Assembly (NCBI GenBank): GCA_018985225.1
Contig: JADGIF010000141.1
Span: 1-17,796 of the forward strand
Length of the DNA: 17,796 nt
Origin: Amoeboradix gromovi X-113
Lineage: Eukaryota > Fungi > Sanchytriomycota
Direction of reading: 5' to 3'
This document shows, piece after piece, positions 1 to 9,844 of the stretch. The notes beneath the pieces are model-generated. The model was not told the origin of the DNA. It worked only from the letters and a program-made list of their open reading frames with translations, and searched no databases. The position numbers and the translations under genes were made by a program. Every line of letters begins with the position of its first letter. The first letter of the stretch is position 1.

Positions 1-1962
1 GGATATACACTAAAGTGCTTATTATGATATACGCATGCCATATATCAAGTCTTTTGCAGTGACTAAAGATTGGCGTGTTGATTTTACGATTGTATACTCT
101 CACAAAATTAGTGCTACAGCCTGTGATATATTTAAGATCTACCAGCTTTGGTATCTTACAGTTTGGTGATGCTATGTCTTATTGTTTGCCACTACTGCAA
201 TACAGTGAAGACGATGAGATGTGGGTATCAGAGTTTTGATAGATTTGTAGATAACTGAATGCTTTTTATACAAGATAGCTGGACAGCTTATGGTGGGAAT
301 TGCTTCTAAATCTTCAAATTTACCATTTTACCTGATTAGTTGATGGTTCGTGACTAGGAAAAATAATTATAATACAATAGAGTGAGATAAATTATTCTAG
401 GTTTTAGATTCGAAGAGATGCAAATCATGTTAATTAAGTTGTTGCAGTTTAAACTGTAAGACTACTTCAGACATTGTTGTACTACCGGTTGTACAAAACC
501 CGTTATACTTAGCTGAACGATGTGTAGCAAATTTTACTTAACTGTTAAACCTTTTGTACTTTAACCATTTTTTACACAAATGATGTTTATGGAAGCAGCG
601 GTTTTTTGTTATAGCTTGCTCTGAGACACTTTAGCCTACAAGCTGTGTAGAACGAATTATTTAATGTAGATATTTCAGTACATGCATTTTTATTCGAGTA
701 TATCTGATAATGTCTTTCAAGAACTTCAGACAATTGCATCTATGACAACTCTGAACTAACTTGTCCTAAAATCATTAATGTTAGAGGGTTATAGACTTAG
801 ATCATGATTTGCTTTCACTGTTGCGAACCGTGCAAAGGTCTCCTCTTATAAAAGTATCGAGTAAGCGAAATCCTATATCTGTGGCCTGTGCACCGTTTTG
901 GGAGGGATAAACTGTCCAAATTGATAAAATTGAGGTTTAGGAATCTGAGGGGCGCAGAAATGTTGTTCTTATGTACAAACGAAGACGTCAAATATATTAA
1001 CTAGACCAAACAATTAAATTAATAACTATTGTAAGATTAAGAATTGAAAAATTAGAGACTATATGCTATATGTAGGATGCTAGTGAGCTGTAAATTAGCT
1101 CATCGCTAGTATTTGTAAGATAATGAACACGATAATTACTAATTATCTGGAAACTAGTAAAGTAGCTTGAATGAACTCTTTGATTGTAAACCATTCGCTG
1201 TTCTAAGAAGATCAAAAAGTTAACAGCCATTGAATTGCTGAAGATGAACCTAGAATGAATAGAAACCAAAGTACTCATATAAAATCTAACGATACTATTT
1301 CGATGGATTTCAAGCAGTCACTGCACCCATATTTTTGGTTCTTAGTTGAAAATCTCGATGGATTAGTGATTTGGTATGGCAATACATATTATGGGCACAG
1401 CTGAGGCGCCCAACCTAAATCAATTGAAAAACTGGTTTATAGAGAAAGAATGAATGTCTTAGTCCTACTTACTCCAGAACACAATACTTCTAAATCTTTC
1501 TACATATGCCGTGGAACGATAGGAATTCGTAACGTATTCACTTTCATAATGGCACTTGAATCACTAGTGCATCCGCGGTGCTATAGCAATAGACACAGAT
1601 GCGAATTGGAGTTATACTAGTCTTGAAGTCATAAATGGTGAAAGACAATTGTAACAGAGATGGAAAGGTGGTAGAATGCCCCAATCTCCAGGTGATTATA
1701 TGAATATTTCATTAAAACTAGTTAGTCCACTTCTTTCAGAGTATCTGAATCTGTTGAAAGCATCTTGTTCTAAGGAAATGATCGTAGAGGGTTATGAAAG
1801 GAAGAAGAAAGGCATGACCAGTAAGAAAAAGAACTTATGTTGTAGCGACGCATTCACCGTACTCGTTTGTACATCCTTTGCAATTTATTTCTAAAGCCCT
1901 GGCACAGCTCCTGGTTTTTTGTTTCACTTGCTTAGGATTTATATATCCTTGAAACATTTTAC

Positions 1963-2950
1963 ATGTCATCATCGTTTTCTCAACAAACTTTACCAGGGTT
2001 CCAGCCTTTGTTCACTCCAATGACCATGATAATGACGTGGATGGTTAGCTCAATAGTTTTCATCATTTCAGGTATACTCTTTGTTACGTACTCGCCAGAT
2101 CAAAAAGTCATTGATTACACAAATTGCCAGGGCGATCTGATCAGACCCAGCTATATAAAGGATAATTCCACTGTTGTAAGATGCCTCAAGGAGTTTAGTA
2201 TTGATAAGGATTATGACAATGTTCTTATATATTATCAATTAAATAACTTTTACCAAAACCATCGTAAATATGTTAGGTCAAAGAGTGATGATCAGCTATC
2301 AGGTATTGATGTAAATTTTCAAAGCGGTACCAGCACATGTGATCCATTAACTTTTGATGAACAGGAACCAAACAAAATTATATATCCCTGTGGTTTAATT
2401 GCCAATTCACAATTTGATGATGTCCTGAACTCTTTGACAGACTCTAAAAATAATTCTATATCTCTATTGACCAGTAACCTTGCATGGTCTAGTGATGCAG
2501 ATAGATTTCAAAAAACTAAATACAAACCAGACGATATCCGACCCCCGCCAAAATGGAAATACAGATTTAAGGATGGCAAATATACCCAGGACACCTTGGA
2601 TAGTATAAATTTACATGATAATCAAGATTTGCAAGTGTGGATGAGGGTCGCTCCTTTTTCAAGTTTTAACAAGTTATGGAGAAGAGCCAATAAGCTGCCT
2701 AAAGGAACATACACATTGGAAATATATGATAGGTTTGATATTATATCATTTGGGGGACAAAAAAAGGTAGTCATAACTAGTAGTAGCGTGTTAGGAGATA
2801 GTACTTATTTAGGCTACATGTATGTAGGAACAGGTATAGTTTGTTTGATATTGGGATTGTCATTCTTAATAAAACATAAGATACACCCAAGGTATTTATT
2901 CTTAACTTAGAAAACTTGGGGACACTTCTTATTTATCGTGGAACAAGTAA
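1963..2950 (+). CDS. CDC50: CDC50/LEM3-family P4-ATPase (flippase) beta subunit; join(1963..2891,2911..2950), ~322 aa
   Basis: Family motifs FSQQTLPGFQPLFTP, YYQLNNFYQNHRKYVRS, IYPCGLIANSQFDD and LQVWMRVAPF, plus two TM segments. Removing the 19-nt intron gives the family-typical C-terminus HPRKLGDTSYLSWNK*, followed by AATAAA at 2954-2959. Confidence 0.93.
2892..2910 (+). other. 19-nt GT-AG intron (GTATTTATTCTTAACTTAG) in CDC50
   Basis: Unspliced, the ORF stops at the TAG at 2908-2910. Splicing joins AG|A (Arg) and restores PRKLGD..YLSW. Branch-like TTAAC has its A at -6. Confidence 0.9.
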
Positions 2951-3079
2951 TATAATAAATTGCAATTTTATGACTAGATCTTGCTATTTTCAATTTCACG
3001 CTATAATTTATATCGAAAAATCTGTTCAATTGGATTATGTTACATTTATCACTGTGGTATACGAGACTGACAGAATTTA

Positions 3080-4262
3080 TTATACCTTTTGATAGTCCAT
3101 TTTGGATTCCAATTTCTTCGAATCGCTAACTTTTCGTACTGCCTTCATAAAATCATCCATGATCACATAGTCCCTGTCATCTCGAATAGCAAAGAGTCCG
3201 GATTCAGTGCAGACATTTCTTAAATCCGCTCCGTTAAATCCATCGCTCAACTTCACAATTGGATCATAATCTAATTCACCATGCTTAGCCATTGGTGTTG
3301 CATGGATTTTTAATATGTCTAATCTAGCCTGTTCATTAGGTAATGGTATTTCAATCTTTCTGTCCAATCTGCCAGGTCTTAGTACTACATTAGTATATGA
3401 AGTTACAAGCAGGATCCAAGGTATCTGGTCTGTTTGTGGCCATGATTATCTTAGTTTTCCCCAAAACGTCAAACCCGTCCATTTGATGCAATAGCTCCAT
3501 TAATGTACGTTGGATTTCGCGGTCAGCAGATGTTCCTTCACTAAATCGTCGTCCGCCAATAGCATCAATTTCATCCATGAATATGATACAAGGCTCTTTT
3601 TCTTTTGCGTACCCAAACATTTCTCTTATAATTCTACCAGACTCACCAATATATTTATCAACAATAGCAGAACTAACAACCTTGATGAAATTTGTCTCCA
3701 GAGTAGCCGCGACAGCCCTAGCTAACAGAGTCTTGCCTGTACCTGGTGGCCCATACAATAGCACACCTTTTGGAGGTTTGATGCCGATTCTTAGAAATAG
3801 TTCTGGATTGACTAACGGCAATTCAATCACTTCGCGCAGAGCACGAATTTGCTCATTAAGACCACCAATGGAGTCAAAATTGATATTACCTGGTGATTCC
3901 ATGGACATGTTGTACACAAGAGGATCTACTTCACGCGGTAGAATCCGCATAATGGTTAAAGTAGTCATATCTAAAGATACACGCATCCCGTGAGTAACTG
4001 TTCGTAATTTAGGACGCTTACCGACAACATATCGAGGGCCTGAGGAGGACTTAACAATATAGTGCTCATCAGATAGCACTTTTAAAACCTCACCAATCAT
4101 TTGACCAACTGACTGAATACTTGCTAATCCAACCTCACTGCGATCAAAAGATACTTGCCCTTCTTTGATTTTGATTCTCAGATGCTTTAGTTGCTCTGTC
4201 AGTGCGGCATGCTGCTCAATAGCTGCGCTATACTTTTGTAATGCTTCTTCACGAGAGGTCAT
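3080..4262 (-). CDS. RPT4: 26S proteasome regulatory AAA-ATPase Rpt4 (PSMC6/SUG2); complement(join(3080..3384,3407..4262)), ~386 aa
   Basis: [39 protein letters not shown], Walker A GPPGTGKT, Walker [32 protein letters not shown] and C-terminal [12 protein letters not shown] are typical of Rpt4. The two ORFs in the track join through a 22-nt intron. First ATG is at 4262. Confidence 0.96.
3385..3406 (-). other. 22-nt GT-AG intron (GTAACTTCATATACTAATGTAG) in RPT4
   Basis: Splicing gives [16 protein letters not shown], the conserved AAA+ second region of homology with the arginine finger. Branch-like CTAAT has its A at -6. Confidence 0.95.
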
Positions 4263-4318
4263 TAAAAATAGCAAGTTTCGAAAATTAAAAATGGTATGAG
4301 AAATTGTAATCAAACGCT

Positions 4319-5119
4319 TTATTGAATCAATACGCTACAGCATGTTAGAGCACCATCCGCCTTAGCTAGTTCAGACATATCAACGGTTTCAATAACACAG
4401 TTTGGAAATTTAGATCTAATATCTCTTTGCAAAATATCAGTGCCAGGAACGACTTGAACAAAGACAATGAGTTTGTTATTCTTAATGAATGAAAGTGTGT
4501 TAGCTAATATTTGAGAAGATGCGAACACTACATCCAATTTCTCAATTTTCAAAATTTGAGTCAGTGTATAACGGCCATTTTCGTCATCTAAACATGACAA
4601 CGTGTTAGGACCTAGCAACCCAAGCGAGCTTTTTAAATGTAAAATTGAATTACAATTCTTGTCTAGATCAATAGCAAATGTGGGAATTTTAAAAAAGTGA
4701 TTGAAAAACTTCACTGCTTCTCTACTCGTACGTTTGGAAATTCCCACAAATATATTTTTCCCTGTGTATAGTACATCACCACCATCACAGTTAATAGTCT
4801 CAGGCATCACAACTACTTCAAGTCCTAATTTACGTAGCTGTTCTTCGGCAGTTTTGACTTCCTTTCTTCTGCACGCAACTCCAATGTGATTTATAACTGC
4901 CTTCTTACCAATGACTACACAAGTATCTTCTACAAAACAAGCATCAGGTGAATCGTTTAAAGGATCAAGAACCTCAACATTCAAATACTTTTGCAACGTT
5001 TTAATATATCCCTGATGCTGGGAATAAGCAACTTTGAAATCAATGGGCTTGGATTCCATTTGCAGTGCATTTGCAAATGATGTTGGAACTTCTCGAACAA
5101 TTGCAGAATTGCAATCCAT
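4319..5119 (-). CDS. Dimethylarginine dimethylaminohydrolase (DDAH, pentein/amidinotransferase superfamily), ~266 aa from ATG 5119
   Basis: Motifs [25 protein letters not shown] and C-terminal [15 protein letters not shown] with the catalytic Cys match DDAH. Confidence 0.88.
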   Translation of the reverse strand: MDCNSAIVREVPTSFANALQMESKPIDFKVAYSQHQGYIKTLQKYLNVEVLDPLNDSPDACFVEDTCVVIGKKAVINHIGVACRRKEVKTAEEQLRKLGLEVVVMPETINCDGGDVLYTGKNIFVGISKRTSREAVKFFNHFFKIPTFAIDLDKNCNSILHLKSSLGLLGPNTLSCLDDENGRYTLTQILKIEKLDVVFASSQILANTLSFIKNNKLIVFVQVVPGTDILQRDIRSKFPNCVIETVDMSELAKADGALTCCSVLIQ

Positions 5120-6213
5120 GTTTCGCAACCTCTCCAATATATCCTAGCGGCAGGTCGATTGTTTTCTTGAATAACTTATTTATCGCGAATTTTTATGCAT
5201 TTTTATATAATTTCATGAATTTTCCAATAGCTTAAATACTTGATATTCTTCCTTTACATTAATTATATATGGGATCAATGGATTTAATCCCGAATATGTG
5301 AAATCTAAAGAAATAAATAACAGGTACAGCATATATTCATCAGCAATGAGGAACTGGTCCAAGCATGGAAGAATTAGATGTCTTTTAACCCGTTCTCAAA
5401 CGAGATCAACGGTAAATAAACTCGTAAACTATTTATTTAATAATTCGTATGTCTTGCATGTGCAACAATGCGATATCATAATACTTACTCTGTGTATACA
5501 AGCTTTTGCAGCCGTAAGACACCAACTTAGAAACCTACACTTGTACCAAATGTCATTTGGAAATAGATAGAGAGCATATAGCAGCAAGGAACATCTTCAT
5601 CAATATATGTATCCTTATTCAATTCCGCCTCAGGGTAGTGCAAGGATGAGCAATCACTGCAACGGAGCATCTAGCACTGCTAGTTTCTCTGCGGGATTCC
5701 CGATTTTCTTGGAAATCAGGACTTTTAATGAGGAGGTCATATGTGGTTTTGATTAAATAATTTAAAATAAATTTTCGAATGTAATCCAGAAAGCCAATTT
5801 CCAATTTTAAAAAATTATGGAGTAACGTAATTCAATATCTATTGTCAGCGAGTTATTCTCGTGAAAACTGCTTTATTATTCCATTCGGAATTACAATTAA
5901 GAATATTCTTGTCGCTGTAGATTCCATTAACATGGTGCGAAATTATAAGTTTCTAACTTTAATTAGAAAAATCTGGGCAGCTATGGCTACCTACAAATAT
6001 AGTAGCGATTTGATTTTATTTTACATTATGAAGTGAGTTATAGAATTATTATGGATCCAATTTGACTCGGAGAATGTGTTCTCTAAATAGGAATACGCTA
6101 GGAGTCTGCGCGTACGATTAAATAATACCTTCATAAATAATATTTCAGTAAACTGCATGGTAATTGACAAACTTTATTTGCGCGTTCTAGCGATTTCCTT
6201 TGAAACACATTTT

Positions 6214-6546
6214 ATGTTCAAAAGATTCTCGCACATATTACTATCACAAGATGCAGTCAAAAAGCTATCAAAAGTTAAAGGAATTTTAAGAATAGACGTA
6301 AGCAGTGGAGGATGCCACGGATTCTCTTATGATGTAAAATTGGATTCAAAGATAGATGAAGGTGAGGACCAAATTATAGAGCAAGATGGTGTAAAAGTTG
6401 TGGTTGATAAGATGGCATTATCTCTTGTCAAAGGAAGCACTTTGCATTTCAGAACGACTGCCATGGGCTCTGCCTTTGTTCTTGAAAATCCTAATGCCGA
6501 ATCTAGCTGTGGCTGTGGACACTCGTTCTCAGTGAGAGACCTCTAG
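6214..6546 (+). CDS. IscA/HesB-family A-type Fe-S cluster carrier (probably mitochondrial Isa2-like)
   Basis: LRIDVSSGGCHGFSY, VVVD, NPNAESSCGCGHSF carry the three conserved Cys. The start is uncertain: ATG 6214 (MFKRFSH..., presequence-like) is preferred over ATG 6157. Confidence 0.88.
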   Translation: MFKRFSHILLSQDAVKKLSKVKGILRIDVSSGGCHGFSYDVKLDSKIDEGEDQIIEQDGVKVVVDKMALSLVKGSTLHFRTTAMGSAFVLENPNAESSCGCGHSFSVRDL

Positions 6547-6637
6547 TATCAGGTAAGCTTTAATGCTGCTACAATTTCTTAGTTAAGTAAAGCTTATTTT
6601 CTTTTTCGATTACTTTTTTGTAACACTCCCATACAAC

Positions 6638-8274
6638 ATGCAACACACAGTACTTTTCAACTCACGTAGATGGCTATGGATGAAATGGGAAGACCCTTCT
6701 TAATCGTTAGAGAACAGGAAAAGAAAGCAAGAATTAGTGGTATTGATGCTATAAAATCCCATATCTTGGCTGCTACCAGTTTAACACAAATTATCAAAAC
6801 CAGTCTCGGCCCTATGGGACTAGACAAAATCTTAGTTGGTCAGGATGGTGATGTCATGATTACCAATGATGGTGCCACAATTCTTTCAGAAATGCATGTC
6901 AATCATCAAATTGCCAAGTTGTTAGTTGAATTATCGCAATCTCAAGATAACGAATCCGGTGATGGTACCACTAGTGTAGTTGTGTTGGCCGGTGCTCTCT
7001 TAAAGGAAGCTGAGCATCTTATCAATCTTGGCATTCATCCAATTCGCATTGCTAAGGGATTTGATTTAGCATGCCATGTTGCTTTAAATACTTTAGATAA
7101 AATCAAATCCAAGGCTGACACTGACATGCTCTATCAAGCTGCAAAGACCTGTCTGTCTTCTAAGATTGTCACAAAACATCATGACAAGTTTGCTAAAATG
7201 GCTATTGATGCTATTCAATCCGTGAACGATAATGGTAGAGTTAATTTAGACCTAGTACATGTAGTTTCCAAGCTAGGAGGCTCACTTGAAGATACGACGC
7301 TCATTCAGGGTGTTGTTATAGATAAAACGTTTTCTCATCCTCAGATGCCTTCATCTGTTGAAAATGCAAAAATTGCTATCCTCACGTGTCCTTTCGAACC
7401 TCCTAAACCTAAAACTAAACACAAGCTGTCAGTTACGGATGCTAAAATGTACACTGAACTTAGCGAATATGAGCACGATCAATTCAATTTAATGGTCAAG
7501 CAATGCAAAGATAGCGGTGCTAATGTAGTAATGTGCCAATGGGGGTTTGACGATGAAGCTAATCACCTTTTACTTCAGGCAAAACTTCCATCAGTTAGAT
7601 GGGTTGGTGGTCCCGAGTTAGAACGACTTGCTATTGCAACTCATGGTAGAATTGTACCTCGTTTTAGTGAGCTTTCTGAGGATAAGTTGGGTAGAGCAGG
7701 TTTAGTGAAAACCATCTCATTTGGAACCACTGACAGTAAAATGTTAGTCATCGAAGAATGTGCTAATCCAATGACCTGCACTATTTTAATCAGAGGTGGC
7801 AATCAGATGCTTATCGACGAATGTAAACGATCGCTACACGATGCTTTGTGTGTTGTGCGTACATTGATGGAAAGCCCTGATATCGTTTGCGGAGCTGGAG
7901 CAAGCGATATTGCTTGTGCGATTAGTGTAGAAGATGCAGCAAATTCCGATGCAGTAAGTGAAGTTGAAGAGTTAGCATGTATAGCATTCAGTAAAGCCTT
8001 GCTAGCAGTGCCGACAGCACTGGCAGACAATGCAGGACATGACGGAATGAGACTGGTTACAAAGGTAATGGCTGAACAGCGAAAATCAAAGAATGCTGAT
8101 GATTATGGACATGTAGGAGTGGATTGCTATAGTGGAGAACCAAAGAATATGAAGAGTTTAGTGTTTGATCCATATACCTCTAAACGATCACAATTATTAT
8201 TGGCAACACAATTAGTGAAGATGGTGTTAAAGATTGATGATGTTATTCATCATGGAGAGGGTGTCGATCAATAA
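6638..8274 (+). CDS. CCT5: T-complex protein 1 subunit epsilon (CCT/TRiC); probable join(6638..6649,6670..8274), alternative start at 6670
   Basis: DEMGRPFLIVRE, TSLGPMGLDK, TNDGATIL, GDGTTSVVV and the epsilon-specific ILTCPFEPPKPKTKHKL and CQWGFDDEANHLL..RWVGGPELE. Confidence 0.96.
6650..6669 (+). other. Probable 20-nt GT-AG intron (GTACTTTTCAACTCACGTAG) after a 4-codon first exon MQHT of CCT5
   Basis: Phase-0 join of ATG 6638 to the main ORF. It has the same GTA donor, CTCAC with A at -6 and TAG acceptor as the two homology-supported introns. It is not strictly required, because exon 2 begins with ATG. Confidence 0.7.
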
Positions 8275-8493
8275 TAAATTGAGTTAATTCTTAACTATTT
8301 GGAAGGTTATTGTTTTCCTGCATCTATTTATAGCGGATTTCAAAAGGTGCTCTTCTAAGTCTGACTTTTTTAGTGAATTCTATTTGAGGTACATCGAATA
8401 CAATAAAAAAGATGAATTTTAAGACTTTTCCATGGATTTAAGTCAAATGAGACACCTGCATCGATTTTTACTATAACGGTATTTATTTGTTAC

Positions 8494-9204
8494 TTATTCA
8501 TGTAATCTGACAAACAAGTTATCTAGTTCTTGGCGACTTGCCAATCTAGCCATTTCAGACATTTGATATCCAACTTCTAATTCACCGTTCTCAATTCTAG
8601 GCATAGTGGACTGGATGAAATCAGACACTTTCACACCAAAAGTATGCTTTCCTGGTCCTCCAAGATCGGTATCAACAGCTGGAGGGATTAATTCAATCAC
8701 TTTAATCTTGTTCATCAGCTGATGTCTTAGAGATAATGTAAAAGAATGTAAAGCAGCCTTAGAAGCACAATAAACAGGTACATTAGACTTTGGAACAAAC
8801 GACAATCCGGAAGTCACATTGATAATTGCAGCATTTTTGGTGCCGTTAGACATGCTGTGTTTTGCGAATATGCAACACAAATCAATAACGGCAGTCAAGT
8901 TGATATCAATTTCAATTAGCTCAACTTGGTCATTAAAAAGATCAATCTCTTTTTGAATTCCGGCATTGTTGACAAGTATATTAACATTAGTATCCTGAAT
9001 TAGTTTAATTCTCTCTTTTTTGCTGCTAACATCGCATTTTAAAGTCTTTATTGAAGGGTATTTAGATTTTGCGACATCTAATACGTCTTGCCTACGTCCG
9101 CAAATAACAACTTCAGCTCCCTTACTTAATATGTATTGAACTATACCCTCGCCAATTCCACTAGCCCCTCCAGTGACCAAGACCTTCTGATTTGCAAATT
9201 GCAT
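8494..9204 (-). CDS. Classical short-chain dehydrogenase/reductase, DltE-like, 236 aa
   Basis: TGGASGIG (TGxxxGxG), NNAGIQ, NVTSGL, catalytic YCASK (YxxxK) and IELIPPAVDTDL. Confidence 0.9.
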   Translation of the reverse strand: MQFANQKVLVTGGASGIGEGIVQYILSKGAEVVICGRRQDVLDVAKSKYPSIKTLKCDVSSKKERIKLIQDTNVNILVNNAGIQKEIDLFNDQVELIEIDINLTAVIDLCCIFAKHSMSNGTKNAAIINVTSGLSFVPKSNVPVYCASKAALHSFTLSLRHQLMNKIKVIELIPPAVDTDLGGPGKHTFGVKVSDFIQSTMPRIENGELEVGYQMSEMARLASRQELDNLFVRLHE

Positions 9205-9394
9205 TACAAGGAGAATCTCTAAAGATTGTTAATCTTATAGACGAATAACATAGTAATTTACGTAACCGGTCATTATATTCATAAAACACTTCAGAAGTGA
9301 AATACGCTAATAAAGCGCATAAGTGTTGCTAAAACGAGGATTAGATGATCGGTCCTATCCTTGCAACCAAATATATACAGGGATAAAACAAAAC

Positions 9395-9691
9395 ATGGGA
9401 CTATGGAAAAGCATAATTAGGTTTTTCACTCAGGACCCGGTAGCTGAAAAAAGAAGGAATCAGAGAACTATAAACAAGTCGACTAAGAAACACACTGAGG
9501 TTGATTTAAATTTTTCGAGATTGCGACGTCAGCATGGTCCCCCAAGCAAATTGAGATCATCGTCTTCCAGATCTCTAATTGAGTATGTGTCAGAAAATGA
9601 TGAAAACACTGTTTATCAAGAATATAAGTCAAATAACAGATCTCAGCATTCTTCTGGAGCTCGTTCTTCCAGGAATCGGCATCAAAGATGA
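9395..9691 (+). CDS. Hypothetical basic Arg/Ser-rich protein, 98 aa (MGLWKSIIRFF...)
   Basis: A-rich start context AAAACAAAACATG. AATAAA lies 6 nt after the TGA, as in neighbouring genes. It fills the gap between the SDR and PTR genes. No family recognised. Confidence 0.6.
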   Translation: MGLWKSIIRFFTQDPVAEKRRNQRTINKSTKKHTEVDLNFSRLRRQHGPPSKLRSSSSRSLIEYVSENDENTVYQEYKSNNRSQHSSGARSSRNRHQR

Positions 9692-9844
9692 ATTTTTAAT
9701 AAATGTTATGACTAGTCAAATGCAATTATTTTGGAATGCTCGCAAGTGTCTGGATTCCTGCCATGACGTCTGGTCACTAGATTTCAACGGGGCGCGTTGA
9801 TTGGTTCATCAAATCATTAAAATTGAATTCGACTCTCAAACTTC

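Noticed and set aside
1066-1894. ORFs 1066-1278 (-) and 1676-1894 (+)
   Set aside because: Short, with no recognisable motif and no AATAAA at their stops; not called as genes.
5478-5500. ATACTTACTC (U1 5'-end-like, + strand) and ACAGAG (U6-like, - strand)
   Set aside because: No U1 stem-loop I/II motifs downstream, and no AGC triad or internal stem-loop context for U6.
5298-6036. ORFs 5298-5570, 5619-5804 and 5842-6036
   Set aside because: They use non-ATG starts, have no family motifs, and trial tiny-intron splicing gave nothing recognisable.
9579-9800. 73-aa TTG-start ORF overlapping the orphan gene
   Set aside because: It runs through the orphan's AATAAA into the PTR promoter and has no motif.
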